Source of the DNA: a virus
Lineage: Duplodnaviria; Heunggongvirae; Uroviricota; Caudoviricetes
Virus record (IMG/VR): IMGVR_UViG_2651869749_000010
Coordinates: 1-37,428 of that record
Strand: one strand, 5' to 3'
DNA length: 37,428 bases
Below are positions 1 through 8,822 of the stretch, piece by piece. Under the pieces are notes generated by a model. The model searched no databases, was not told where the DNA came from, and was given only the letters and a program-made list of their open reading frames with translations. The position numbers were made by a program, and so were the translations under genes. Every line of letters starts with the position of its first letter. The first letter of the stretch is position 1.

Positions 1-1002
1 TTACCCTCTATTGTCAAAAGGGTTCAATTCAACAGCAGCCTCTAAATGACCTGGAGCAAAATGCGCATAACGCATAGTCATTTTTATATCGCTATGCCCC
101 AGTATTTTTTGCAACACAAGAATATTTCCGCCCCGCATCATAAAATGACTGGCAAACGTGTGACGTAGCACATGAGTTAATTGCCCATCAGGAAGCTCGA
201 TCTTCGCTCTCTTAATTGCAGCGTCAAAAGCCTCATAACATGGTGAAAATAGCGCTCCTCGTTTTTTAGGAAGCATAGCCTGCAATTGAGGTGAAATCGG
301 TACAGTGCGGTTCTTCTTTCCTTTAGTTTTAACAAATGTGATTCGACCGGGCAGTACTTGAGATTGCTTTAATCCTTCTGCTTCACTCCACCGAGCACCC
401 GTCGCAAGCCCAATACGGACAACAACCCCCAAATCTTTATTCCGTGACTCATCACACGCAATCAGAAGGCGTTCAATCTCATCTACATACAGAAACGCCA
501 GTTCCTTTTCTTCCTCACGAAACTTGCGAATACCAGTCAGGGGGTTTTCACCAGACCACTCCCCAAGGCGCTTCAGTTCGGCAAAAACAGCATGTAGATA
601 TGACTGCTCGCGATTAACGGTTGCTTCACTAAGTTTTTTCTTCCCCTTGGGATTCCATTCTCCTGATAGCCTTCTTTCCCGATAAGTAGCAAACATATTT
701 TTGTCAAACTGAGAAGCAAATGGATCTCCCAGCCTGGAACAAATCGCCTCAAGTTTGACTTTGCGCTCTGCACCAGAGGACAAGGTTTTACCGTACATCT
801 CAAACCAACGAGCAATCAACTCAGAAAGACGAGGACCAGAACCATCTTGAAACTCGTCTCCAACTCTACTATTCATTAAACGGCGCTCATAAGAGAGCGC
901 CTCACTTTTTGTCGCAAACTGTTTACGAATGCGTTTTCCCGATGCCCCGTAGGGATAACATTCGCAAAGCCATTTACCTGATGGAATCTTACGAACCGAC
1001 AT
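1..1002 (-). CDS. int: P2-type tyrosine integrase; stop codon sits at the window edge
   Basis: 333-aa ORF with C-terminal motifs typical of P2 Int (RTVPIS, HVLRHTFASHFM, LQKILGH, MRYAHFAP); position at one prophage end next to the repressor. Confidence 0.9.
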   Translation of the reverse strand: MSVRKIPSGKWLCECYPYGASGKRIRKQFATKSEALSYERRLMNSRVGDEFQDGSGPRLSELIARWFEMYGKTLSSGAERKVKLEAICSRLGDPFASQFDKNMFATYRERRLSGEWNPKGKKKLSEATVNREQSYLHAVFAELKRLGEWSGENPLTGIRKFREEEKELAFLYVDEIERLLIACDESRNKDLGVVVRIGLATGARWSEAEGLKQSQVLPGRITFVKTKGKKNRTVPISPQLQAMLPKKRGALFSPCYEAFDAAIKRAKIELPDGQLTHVLRHTFASHFMMRGGNILVLQKILGHSDIKMTMRYAHFAPGHLEAAVELNPFDNRG

Positions 1003-1007
1003 TTTAG

Positions 1008-1355
1008 TTACTTATCACATAAATCAAATGCAGCCTTAGTGACATCCCCCAGACTCTTTTTTAACCCTGGGGCGGCATCATTATCTAGCCAAAATGGATT
1101 ATTGTTATCTAACGGTAACGCACCAAATGTTTTACCTTTTATTCGAGCCAAACCTGTAAGTGCATATAACTTATTATCGTCAAAATTCATCACATAAGGA
1201 TTACCATCAAGACACTGTAATTGAACCTCATCAGTATTAAATGGCCATACCCCATTGAAACTCTCACGTTCAATAGTTTTAAAAGGCATTGCGACGGCGG
1301 AAAAAGAAAACATAGATAAAAAAGTAACTAATAGTTGAACCTTTTTTACTTTCAT
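1008..1355 (-). CDS. Small secreted protein, YebY/DUF2511-like (cargo gene)
   Basis: 115-aa ORF with N-terminal signal-peptide-like hydrophobic segment; recalled resemblance to E. coli YebY (FN..EV.L.C..GN.YV; NNP...SL; C-terminal LC). Confidence 0.5.
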   Translation of the reverse strand: MKVKKVQLLVTFLSMFSFSAVAMPFKTIERESFNGVWPFNTDEVQLQCLDGNPYVMNFDDNKLYALTGLARIKGKTFGALPLDNNNPFWLDNDAAPGLKKSLGDVTKAAFDLCDK

Positions 1356-1384
1356 ATCATTACCTCAATTTAGCTCAAGTAAGA

Positions 1385-2035
1385 TTACAAATTAAAAAAT
1401 GCCCTAGAAATGACACCACCTACCAAAACCCCTACGCAGATAAAGAATATTATTTCTTTTGGATAAAGTCGGATTAATTCTGAAGCACGAAGTCGGACTT
1501 CTGGTAAGGTCGAACTCTCTGTGTGGCTTGATGCCGATTGTTGCTCTAACCACGACAATGCAGACTGTAACTGAGAACGAGTAAGATCGTTTAAACGTCC
1601 TGTACCGAAATTGATATGGCAATACCGCAGAAGTTTTTGTCGAAGTCCACAGTCTTCACTGTTACGTAGTAATAAACTTACAAGAGCCTTACAGGCATCA
1701 TGATCTTTACATCGCTCAAGCATTGCATGCAGAAAACTCTCCGCTGTTTTATATTGATTTACTGTCATATCATCAATACCAGTTACACCAATCTCCGCAT
1801 GTACTTTTTGCCAAATAATAAACGCTTCAGTATTGCTAGCTTCTGCAATAGCAGCAACCAAGCTATTTAGCTCCTTACGCTGAGCCTTAAGCAAAGGGCG
1901 ATCGTCATCATCATTATTCGAAGGGATTGCGATATTGACGGTCTGAGAACCATCATATCGCTCTATCTGAATATTCTTTTCGTGAAAATCACGCCCAGCA
2001 ACGCGATTGTTTGAACCGTTTGAGTTGACGGCCAT
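1385..2035 (-). CDS. Hypothetical C-terminally membrane-anchored protein downstream of the repressor
   Basis: 216-aa ORF; strong RBS (GGGAGGTGA) 6 nt upstream of ATG, 15 nt after repressor stop; C-terminal hydrophobic helix EIIFFICVGVLVGGVISRAFF; N-terminal NNRVAGRDFHE motif. Confidence 0.6.
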   Translation of the reverse strand: MAVNSNGSNNRVAGRDFHEKNIQIERYDGSQTVNIAIPSNNDDDDRPLLKAQRKELNSLVAAIAEASNTEAFIIWQKVHAEIGVTGIDDMTVNQYKTAESFLHAMLERCKDHDACKALVSLLLRNSEDCGLRQKLLRYCHINFGTGRLNDLTRSQLQSALSWLEQQSASSHTESSTLPEVRLRASELIRLYPKEIIFFICVGVLVGGVISRAFFNL

Positions 2036-2050
2036 GTCACCTCCCTACTA

Positions 2051-2455
2051 TCACCTACCCTTAGTTTCGTTATAGTCACGACCAGCGATACGGTTATTAC
2101 CACCAGAAATATTTAACTCACGTCCTGATGGCTGAGTTTCCTTTTCACTGATCGCACCTTTTAAAGCCCCAATCACCGCATTTTTCACATCTAACGAAGC
2201 TGCTCGAAAGCGAGTAATCAACTCCTGCTCATCATCGTTATAAGTTTCAGGTGAGTGAATTCCCAACACAACATACTGAACATCAAGGCCAAAACGAGAC
2301 AGCGCTGCCAAATACGCAGCATCAGGAAAGCTATCTCCTTTCTCATATCTAAGCTGAGTTAGCTTTTTGACTCCACCAATGTCGCTCATGGCAACTTGAC
2401 TAAGTCCCAATCTTTCCCTTTCCTCACGCAACCGCTGACCAATATCATTTTTCAT
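2051..2455 (-). CDS. XRE-family helix-turn-helix repressor, probable immunity repressor (C/CI-like)
   Basis: 134-aa ORF with N-terminal HTH (IGQRLREERERLGLSQVAMSDIGGV...L.RYEKG); divergent from small early regulator genes; position after int. Confidence 0.7.
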   Translation of the reverse strand: MKNDIGQRLREERERLGLSQVAMSDIGGVKKLTQLRYEKGDSFPDAAYLAALSRFGLDVQYVVLGIHSPETYNDDEQELITRFRAASLDVKNAVIGALKGAISEKETQPSGRELNISGGNNRIAGRDYNETKGR

Positions 2456-2464
2456 ACAAAAACC

Positions 2465-2493
2465 TTGACAGGTATCTTTTTTGATACCAAAAT
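2465..2493 (+). promoter_or_regulatory. Candidate early promoter with palindromic operator in the divergent repressor/early-gene intergenic region
   Basis: TTGACA at 2465-2470 followed by perfect palindrome GGTATCttttttGATACC (2471-2488) and an A/T-rich -10-like region; located between divergent genes. Confidence 0.3.
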
Positions 2494-2530
2494 GATTTCA
2501 CGAGCTATTAGATGATCACAATATACCACT

Positions 2531-2737
2531 ATGAAACAAGTTCTTCACGATACCAGATCACGCATTCCGCGTAACACCGCCACAGGTCCAAGACTGGCAC
2601 TTCGGCTGTCCCTCGAGGAGCGAGCCGTCATTGATGAAATGGCAGCTAAAGAACAACGCTCATCCTCTAACATGGCGCGCATGATCTTCCTTCGCGGCCT
2701 AGAGCTAACCCAGAAAGAACAAAACAAATCTTCCTGA
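2531..2737 (+). CDS. Small early regulator, ribbon-helix-helix-like (Cro/Apl-position gene)
   Basis: 68-aa ORF; pattern LALRLSLEERAVIDEMAAK...MARMIFLRGLE resembles a beta-strand plus two helices of RHH proteins; first gene of the rightward early operon. Confidence 0.5.
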   Translation: MKQVLHDTRSRIPRNTATGPRLALRLSLEERAVIDEMAAKEQRSSSNMARMIFLRGLELTQKEQNKSS

Positions 2738-2753
2738 TCAGGAGGCTAGTGGG

Positions 2754-2957
2754 ATGTCAGGTATAACCATCAATATCAATGTGAATGCCCCCTATGTATC
2801 CCTGCAGAAATATGCAGAGATAACAGGTATCCCTCTTAATACATGCAAAAAGATGTTGGCTGACGGTCGAATTATTATCCGACCCAAACGCGCCAAAATG
2901 GAAAAGCCTGAAGTAAACCTTGTGGCGATGTTAAAAGACGCTTTGGCTAACAGCTAA
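2754..2957 (+). CDS. Small early protein, Cox/excisionase-like HTH
   Basis: 67-aa ORF, GGAGG-like RBS upstream; segment YAEITGIPLNTCKKMLADGRI resembles the HTH region of P2 Cox from memory. Confidence 0.45.
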   Translation: MSGITININVNAPYVSLQKYAEITGIPLNTCKKMLADGRIIIRPKRAKMEKPEVNLVAMLKDALANS

Positions 2958-2978
2958 AACAATGAACAGAGCACCATC

Positions 2979-3329
2979 ATGAAAAAAAACGCTAATAATC
3001 CATACTCCAAATTTCGTAATGGCGTAGAACGCCATGTACACCACGTCGCTACCAGTGCATCACGTAGTAACAGTCGCTATAACCTGAACGAGACGCACGC
3101 AACACCGGATGGCCACGCTGTAAAACAAATCGGCGAGCATGCCTGGCTGATTGAGAAAGCTGGAATCGTGGTCCACAAATGCCCACGCAATCCGTTTACC
3201 GGAAACCGCATTTTTGCATTGAACTGCGGCGACAATCACTTCGGGCAGGATTTCACATTATACGAAGCACTTCGCACGGTTGATCGTCTGCTTCGCGGGC
3301 AAAGTTTTATTAAACAGGCTGATTTATAA
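2979..3329 (+). CDS. Hypothetical early protein
   Basis: 116-aa ORF in early operon, co-directional, no recognised motif. Confidence 0.5.
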   Translation: MKKNANNPYSKFRNGVERHVHHVATSASRSNSRYNLNETHATPDGHAVKQIGEHAWLIEKAGIVVHKCPRNPFTGNRIFALNCGDNHFGQDFTLYEALRTVDRLLRGQSFIKQADL

Positions 3330-3339
3330 CAGGTGCTTT

Positions 3340-3618
3340 ATGACCAAAGAGCATGCACAAGGTGTATTTATCCGTTTTATTGATTTTCGCGGTGAACTGT
3401 TATTACGCGCATCAGCCATTGACGGAGTTGTTCCATCCGAAAAAAACGCAGCTACTTACGTTTATCTGAACGGTACGCGCCTGACTGTGGAGCTTCCGTA
3501 CCAGACCGTACGAGAAATCATTAGCGAAGCTGAAAAGGCACGTCAGGTTAATGGCGATGAACCCTATATCGAAATTATTTGTATGGATTCAGAAGCTGAA
3601 ATTCAGAAAGCAGATTAA
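3340..3618 (+). CDS. Hypothetical early protein
   Basis: ORF in frame of 3280..3618; start chosen at ATG 3340 with AGGTG RBS upstream, just after previous stop. Confidence 0.5.
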   Translation: MTKEHAQGVFIRFIDFRGELLLRASAIDGVVPSEKNAATYVYLNGTRLTVELPYQTVREIISEAEKARQVNGDEPYIEIICMDSEAEIQKAD

Positions 3619-3626
3619 AGGGCGTT

Positions 3627-3872
3627 GTGATGGGCAAAGAATATAAAACTCTCATTAACAAAGCACTTGAGCGTTTTTATTTTCGCTTAAGTGCATCAGG
3701 CGCTCATGCTGAACGTGCGGCCCGTGACTCATTGACCAGAGCAATCCGAAGTCTGTATGACGTGGCTTTTTACGCTGATGATCTGGATGCACTTAACGAA
3801 CTTTCCGAGCTGATCTATGCCGCAGAATGCGGGGAACATATTGAACCGTATAAGCTGGGAAATATCGCATGA
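3627..3872 (+). CDS. Hypothetical early protein
   Basis: 81-aa ORF, co-directional, tight spacing. Confidence 0.45.
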   Translation: MMGKEYKTLINKALERFYFRLSASGAHAERAARDSLTRAIRSLYDVAFYADDLDALNELSELIYAAECGEHIEPYKLGNIA

Positions 3873-3982
3873 GTATATTTATCTCATGGCTTGTTCTGAT
3901 TATTTCGGTGGTCTGCGCCATTGGGATTATGCGAATTATTAATTCAGTAAAAAAGATTGAACGCTTTTTCACTGAAGAATAA
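3869..3982 (+). CDS. Possible small hydrophobic peptide (37 aa)
   Basis: ATGA stop-start overlap with the upstream gene; translation MSIFISWLVLIISVVCAIGIMRIINSVKKIERFFTEE is a single predicted TM helix; not in the ORF track (below size cutoff). Confidence 0.3.
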   Translation: MSIFISWLVLIISVVCAIGIMRIINSVKKIERFFTEE

Positions 3983-4068
3983 CCGCGCAAATAAGACCCC
4001 AGGTTAAATAAGAAAATGTGAAAACAATCCGCATTCGCGGAGGTATTCGCACACGCCAAGGAGGCGTA

Positions 4069-4272
4069 ATGGCAATTAAGCATTTTCCCGTCGTTCGTTT
4101 CACCTCCAAAGGACGTGAATACGAAGTTGACGAACGCCTGATTACCACAATCGACAAACACCGTTCAGAAAAGGATGCACATCACATCTATCTCACTGAC
4201 GGCACTTACTTTTGCGCCACCAACGTGGTGCAGGTAAATCTTATCAGACAGGTACAGGAGTCACGCAGATGA
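4069..4272 (+). CDS. Hypothetical early protein
   Basis: ORF frame 4018..4272; ATG at 4069 preceded by AAGGAGG RBS. Confidence 0.4.
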   Translation: MAIKHFPVVRFTSKGREYEVDERLITTIDKHRSEKDAHHIYLTDGTYFCATNVVQVNLIRQVQESRR

Positions 4273-4514
4273 CCATTCTGGACTACATCGCTGCCAATCC
4301 GGGTTGTAGCGGTGGAGAAATCGCCGCAGCACTGAATACACCAACCACAACCATTAATGCGGAGCTACGCCGTCTCTGGCGCAGCGGTTCAGTCATAAGA
4401 AAAGAGCGCAAAACAGGCGGTCGCTTTTCTTATCAGGTAAACCCGATGCCGTTTGGGTGTAGCAACCCACTAACCCAGATGTTCAACCAGCTACTGAGGG
4501 AAATCAGAGCATGA
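4269..4514 (+). CDS. Hypothetical small protein, possibly winged-helix DNA-binding
   Basis: ATGA overlap with the upstream gene; 81 aa MTILDYIAANPGCSGGEIAAALNTPTTTINAELRRLWRSGSV... Confidence 0.45.
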   Translation: MTILDYIAANPGCSGGEIAAALNTPTTTINAELRRLWRSGSVIRKERKTGGRFSYQVNPMPFGCSNPLTQMFNQLLREIRA

Positions 4515-4655
4515 GCACCTCCAACTGCCGGAAACCACGTCGGGCTTCAGCAGCTCATCCGGCAGCAAAACAAACTCCATTAATTCCTGTTCCGGGTCTT
4601 TCCTGCACCTTGTGGCGGGAGGCCTTCGCACATCTGTAACAAGAGGATTGCCGCA

Positions 4656-5021
4656 ATGATTCTCGCCAACGACTTTCTTGAATACCTGCTCAACACAGAG
4701 CGTGATCTTGCCGTTCGCGTGCGTGAACGTTATGACATGTACCTGAAATCCCAGCTTGTACCGCAGCTCGCTGACGGAAAGATTGTTATTGATGGTCGCT
4801 ACATGATTGACAGCCACGAGGGAAATTACAGGCTTTACCGCATTGAAGGTGGCACCCCGTCCGTTATTGGCATTTACCAGCGCCCATCCTCTGCAATCGT
4901 CAATGTGATTGCCGACAGCATCCGCATCACACATCGCCATGCCGACACAGAAGACACCGTGCTGGAAATTCAGCGGCTGGCTACAGTCTGCCGCGACACC
5001 CTGAATGGCATGACGAAGTAA
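4656..5021 (+). CDS. Hypothetical early protein
   Basis: 121-aa ORF immediately upstream of the replication gene. Confidence 0.45.
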   Translation: MILANDFLEYLLNTERDLAVRVRERYDMYLKSQLVPQLADGKIVIDGRYMIDSHEGNYRLYRIEGGTPSVIGIYQRPSSAIVNVIADSIRITHRHADTEDTVLEIQRLATVCRDTLNGMTK

Positions 5022-5027
5022 ATCACT

Positions 5028-7850
5028 ATGACGGCAGAGTACATCAGGGACTGGCAACAACCGCGCCACGCAGTGGGGCGTGAAGGAACGGGGATCCCCG
5101 CTCCTGAATCCGCGCTTTCCTCCTGGCTGGATGCCTACCGGGCAGAGAACGAGCGCCGCCAGGAAATGGCTGATGCGGCGTTCTCCGCCACGCCGCTGGG
5201 CAACCTGATTAATAAAAGCCTAGACGCACAGGAAAAACAGGACAAAACAATCACACTGGCAGGAGACGCCAGAAAACAGGCACGCGGCGCGGTAGATGAG
5301 GCCATGGCCTCACTGCGCCTGCTGCCGTCCTATCTGCGCGATCCGCTTATTCGCCACCTCTCCTTCCTGCGCAAAAAACAGGAAGCCGATCGTCAGCAAG
5401 GAAAAAACGCCAGGCAGGCAGAACGCTATGCGCGTGGGACCCTGCGCAAAATATTCGAACGTCTGGAGCGCACCGATCACCGCTGGCTGACATCGGGTTA
5501 TCGCTCCCTTGCCGGACGTGAACGCCTGGACGATTTGATTTACCTGCCGCAACTCAACAAACACCAGATACAGACGCTGGCCACCATGACGGCGGCGATG
5601 TTCAGCAGCACCTTCGAAAAACTCTGCGATGGTTTTGGCGCGACTGATGGCGAGCTGACCATGGATGTAACGCTGAAGGCGTATCAGATGCTGGCCCGCA
5701 TGGCGTTACACTTACACGCCATGCCTCCGCATTATGACGCACTGACAACAGACAAAGACCGGAGGCACGAACCGGACACAGAACTGCTGCCGGGCGCAAT
5801 CCTTCGCCTGACCTGTGCGGAATGGTGGAAACGCAAACTGTGGCTGTTACGTTGCGAGTGGAGAGAAGAACAACTCCGCGCCGCCTGTCTAGTTTCCAGA
5901 AAAACATCGCCCTATCTGAGCCAGGACGCGTTAAGCGAGTTTCGCGCACAGCGCGAGAAAACACGCGATTTCCTGAAAAGTTTCATGCTGGAAAATGAAG
6001 ACGGGTTCACGATTGATCTCGAGACGGTGTATTACGCGGGAGTAAGTAACCCGGTTCACCGTAAGGCAGAAATGATGGCCACCATGAAGGGGCTGGAACT
6101 TCTGGCCGAAGCCCGTGGCGACAAAGCGGTGTTTCTGACTGTCACCTGCCCGTCAAAATACCACGCCACAACGGAGAACGGTCATCCGAATCCCAAATGG
6201 AACGGGGCCACAATGCGCGACTCCAGCGATTACCTGGTTAACACGTTTTTTGCGGCGGTCCGCAAAAAACTGAACCGCGACGACCTGCGCTGGTATGGCA
6301 TCCGCACGGTGGAGCCTCATCATGACGGCACCGTGCACTGGCATATGATGGTCTTTGCACATCCGGAAGAAATCGACACCATTGTGTCCCATACCCGCGA
6401 TATTGCCATTCAGGAAGACCGCCACGAGCTGGGCAATGATATTACTCCGCGCTTTAAGGTGGAGTATGTCGACGGCTCAAAAGGCACGCCAACCAGCTAC
6501 ATCGCCACCTACATCGGAAAGAACCTGGACAGCCGCGCCGTGGATGGCATCGACCCGAAAACGGACAAGCCACGCGTGGACCACGAAACCGGAAAATCAA
6601 TGGCCGAGAGCGTGGAACGCGCCATCGGCTGGGCGCGTCTTCACCGCGTCCGCCAGTTCCAGTTCTTTGGTATCCCCTCCCGTCAGGTATGGCGTGAACT
6701 CCGCCGCCTTGCCAGTCAGATGGCCCGCAACCCGGAAGGTCCACAACGTCTGGAAAATGACGCAATGGATGCGGTACTCGCTGCCGCTGATGCCGGGTGT
6801 TTTGCCACCTACATTGAGAAACAGGGTGGCGTACTTGTTCCACGCAAAGACTACCTGATTCGCACCGCCTACGACCTCGCAGAAGAGCTGAACGATTACG
6901 GCGAGCAAAGCGTACAGATTTACGGGATCTGGTCGCCACAAATCGGGGAATCTTCCCGCGTGTGCACGCACCCGGATAACTGGAAGCTGGTAAGACGTAA
7001 ACCGGAAGCGGAAGACAGCGCCCGCGAAAATGGTTTTGACCTTCAGGGCGGCCCTGCCGCCCCTTGGACTCGTGGCAATAACTGTCCCCGTGTACAGGAA
7101 ACGGACAACAACGGGACAGAACAGCCGGAAGAACGGCCAGCACCGTGGCCGCAGCTCCCTGACGGCGTTGAAGTGAACGAATGGATGCGCTCACTGAAAC
7201 GGCACGAACGCCGGGCGCTGATGCGTTCGCTTCGTGACAAACAGGCAAAAAACAGCAGTGATGAAATGCAGAGCTGGACACAGAGCCGCAAACAGCAGCG
7301 GCCTTTGCCTGATAACCACGAATTACTCGCTAAAGAATGGCGGGAGTCTGCTGAATCTCTCGGCCTGCATATCGGTGAACAGCAGATGCAGCACCTGTTA
7401 CGGGGCGGCAGTCTGTACGTTGACGGCAGCATCATTGCACCGCAGGGATTTGAAATTGTACGCAAACCGGATACCCGACCGGACAGCCGGATCACGCAGC
7501 TCTGGCAGCGCCTGAGCCGTAACCACGGCGTAAGCAGCACGGAGATCCGCCATAACCCGGTCGCCAGCTATCTGGAACAGCTGGGGGCATCAGACCCCGA
7601 AGCCGCCGCACGCCTGGCATCCACACTTCAGCAAGACCAGAACACCATGAAAACACCCGTTACCGTGCTTTCTGACATGCTGCGCGCCATCCGCGACGCA
7701 GAGCACGCACAGAGAATCAGTGAAACCACTGAACGCGCCCGCCGCAAAGCAGACCTGCTGCGAGGTGGCCTGACCAGTGGAAACAAAAAACAGACAGAAA
7801 CGGGATTCACAAATCCCGTAAATGAGCAAAAAACGCGCCGCGATATATGA
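5028..7850 (+). CDS. A: Replication initiation protein (P2 gpA-like rolling-circle endonuclease)
   Basis: 940-aa ORF with HUH-type motif (VHWHMMVF) and paired tyrosines (SYIATYIGKN) characteristic of P2 A-family nickases; position after early genes. Confidence 0.85.
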   Translation: MTAEYIRDWQQPRHAVGREGTGIPAPESALSSWLDAYRAENERRQEMADAAFSATPLGNLINKSLDAQEKQDKTITLAGDARKQARGAVDEAMASLRLLPSYLRDPLIRHLSFLRKKQEADRQQGKNARQAERYARGTLRKIFERLERTDHRWLTSGYRSLAGRERLDDLIYLPQLNKHQIQTLATMTAAMFSSTFEKLCDGFGATDGELTMDVTLKAYQMLARMALHLHAMPPHYDALTTDKDRRHEPDTELLPGAILRLTCAEWWKRKLWLLRCEWREEQLRAACLVSRKTSPYLSQDALSEFRAQREKTRDFLKSFMLENEDGFTIDLETVYYAGVSNPVHRKAEMMATMKGLELLAEARGDKAVFLTVTCPSKYHATTENGHPNPKWNGATMRDSSDYLVNTFFAAVRKKLNRDDLRWYGIRTVEPHHDGTVHWHMMVFAHPEEIDTIVSHTRDIAIQEDRHELGNDITPRFKVEYVDGSKGTPTSYIATYIGKNLDSRAVDGIDPKTDKPRVDHETGKSMAESVERAIGWARLHRVRQFQFFGIPSRQVWRELRRLASQMARNPEGPQRLENDAMDAVLAAADAGCFATYIEKQGGVLVPRKDYLIRTAYDLAEELNDYGEQSVQIYGIWSPQIGESSRVCTHPDNWKLVRRKPEAEDSARENGFDLQGGPAAPWTRGNNCPRVQETDNNGTEQPEERPAPWPQLPDGVEVNEWMRSLKRHERRALMRSLRDKQAKNSSDEMQSWTQSRKQQRPLPDNHELLAKEWRESAESLGLHIGEQQMQHLLRGGSLYVDGSIIAPQGFEIVRKPDTRPDSRITQLWQRLSRNHGVSSTEIRHNPVASYLEQLGASDPEAAARLASTLQQDQNTMKTPVTVLSDMLRAIRDAEHAQRISETTERARRKADLLRGGLTSGNKKQTETGFTNPVNEQKTRRDI
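7800..7819. promoter_or_regulatory. 20-bp palindrome ACGGGATT-N4-AATCCCGT, copy 1 (inside the 3' end of gene A)
   Basis: Read directly: acgggattcacaaatcccgt; second near-identical copy 73 bp downstream. Confidence 0.4.
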
Positions 7851-7872
7851 AGCGCGCATAAAACAGGCAAAA

Positions 7873-7892
7873 ACGGGATTTCAGAATCCCGT
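7873..7892. promoter_or_regulatory. 20-bp palindrome ACGGGATT-N4-AATCCCGT, copy 2 (upstream of the parM-like fragment)
   Basis: Read directly: acgggatttcagaatcccgt, flanked by the same AAACGGGATT...CCCGTAAA context as copy 1. Confidence 0.4.
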
Positions 7893-7926
7893 AAACGATT
7901 AATTAATCAACATAAGGAAAAGCGAC

Positions 7927-8328
7927 ATGAAAATTTGTATCGATGACGGCTCCACCAACATCAAGCTGGCATGGACTGAGAACGGCGAACGCCGCAACGC
8001 CATCAGCCCGAACAGCTTCAAGTCGGAATGGTCTGCGCCGTTCGGTGGCACGCAGCCCGCGAACTACATGCTTGATGGCGTGCGCTATGGTTTTGATCCG
8101 GTCAGCGATCGCTTTGTCCAGACAACTGACACGCAATACCAGTACAGCGATGTGAATGTCATTGCCATTCATCACGCGCTGGTCAAATCAGGCATCACGC
8201 CACAGGAGGTGGATGTGGTTGTCACCCTGCCACTGAGCGAGTATTTCGACACAAACGCACAGCCGGACATAGCCAACATCAACCGCAAAAAAAGCCCAGG
8301 ATTCCCGGGGCGGTTCAGAGGAGAGTGA
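7927..8328 (+). pseudogene. Truncated ParM/StbA-like actin-type segregation ATPase (N-terminal ~120 residues only)
   Basis: MKICIDDGSTNIKLAW...YQYSDVNVIAIHHALVKSGI...VVVTLPLSEYFDTNAQPDIANINRKK closely parallels the recalled N-terminus of plasmid R1 ParM; full-length ParM is ~320 aa, here the frame stops after 133 codons and unrelated sequence follows. Confidence 0.65.
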
Positions 8329-8330
8329 GA

Positions 8331-8822
8331 ATGCAAATTTCACCGGTTACTCTTCGTGTTGCGAAGGCGTTTATATCCAGACATCACCGACACAATAAAC
8401 CCCCGGTGGGGCATAAATTCAGCATTGGTCTGAGAAATGATGCCGGAGAATTGATAGGTGTGGCGACAGCCGGTAGACCTGTTGCACGACATTTGGACGA
8501 TGGATTAACGCTTGAAGTAAATCGCACATGTACCACAGGAGAACGCAACGCTAACAGCGCACTTTATGGTGCTGTCTGGCGGGCAGCAAAGGCTATGGGT
8601 TATCAACGTTGTATTACGTACACCCAGGCAGATGAATCAGGAGCATCTCTCCGCGCAGCTGGTTTTGTTCGTGTGAAAGAGCTTCCTCCAAGAAAAAGCT
8701 GGGCGGAATCAAGCGTCGCCCTGCGGAGTAAACGCGATCCGGTCGGAAACGGTGGTGTTCCTCGTGTGCTCTGGGAAATCAGGAGAATGAGTACCACTGG
8801 CATTCGCATCAAAGGAGAGTGA
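8331..8822 (+). CDS. Hypothetical basic protein (163 aa), first gene of accessory operon; possible degenerate GNAT-like fold
   Basis: ATG 8331 with AGGAGAGTGA RBS/junction; segment ALYGAVWRAAKAMGYQRCITYTQADESGASLRAAGF is loosely reminiscent of acetyltransferase-fold proteins but lacks a clear G-x-G loop. Confidence 0.55.
   Translation: MQISPVTLRVAKAFISRHHRHNKPPVGHKFSIGLRNDAGELIGVATAGRPVARHLDDGLTLEVNRTCTTGERNANSALYGAVWRAAKAMGYQRCITYTQADESGASLRAAGFVRVKELPPRKSWAESSVALRSKRDPVGNGGVPRVLWEIRRMSTTGIRIKGE

Noticed and set aside
5296-7870. Many ORFs of 60-275 aa on both strands inside the replication gene A (e.g. 6454..7281 minus, 6355..6858 plus, 7043..7540 minus)
   Set aside because: Embedded in or antisense to a long, well-supported gene in GC-rich sequence; Arg/Ser/Pro-rich low-complexity translations typical of spurious frames.
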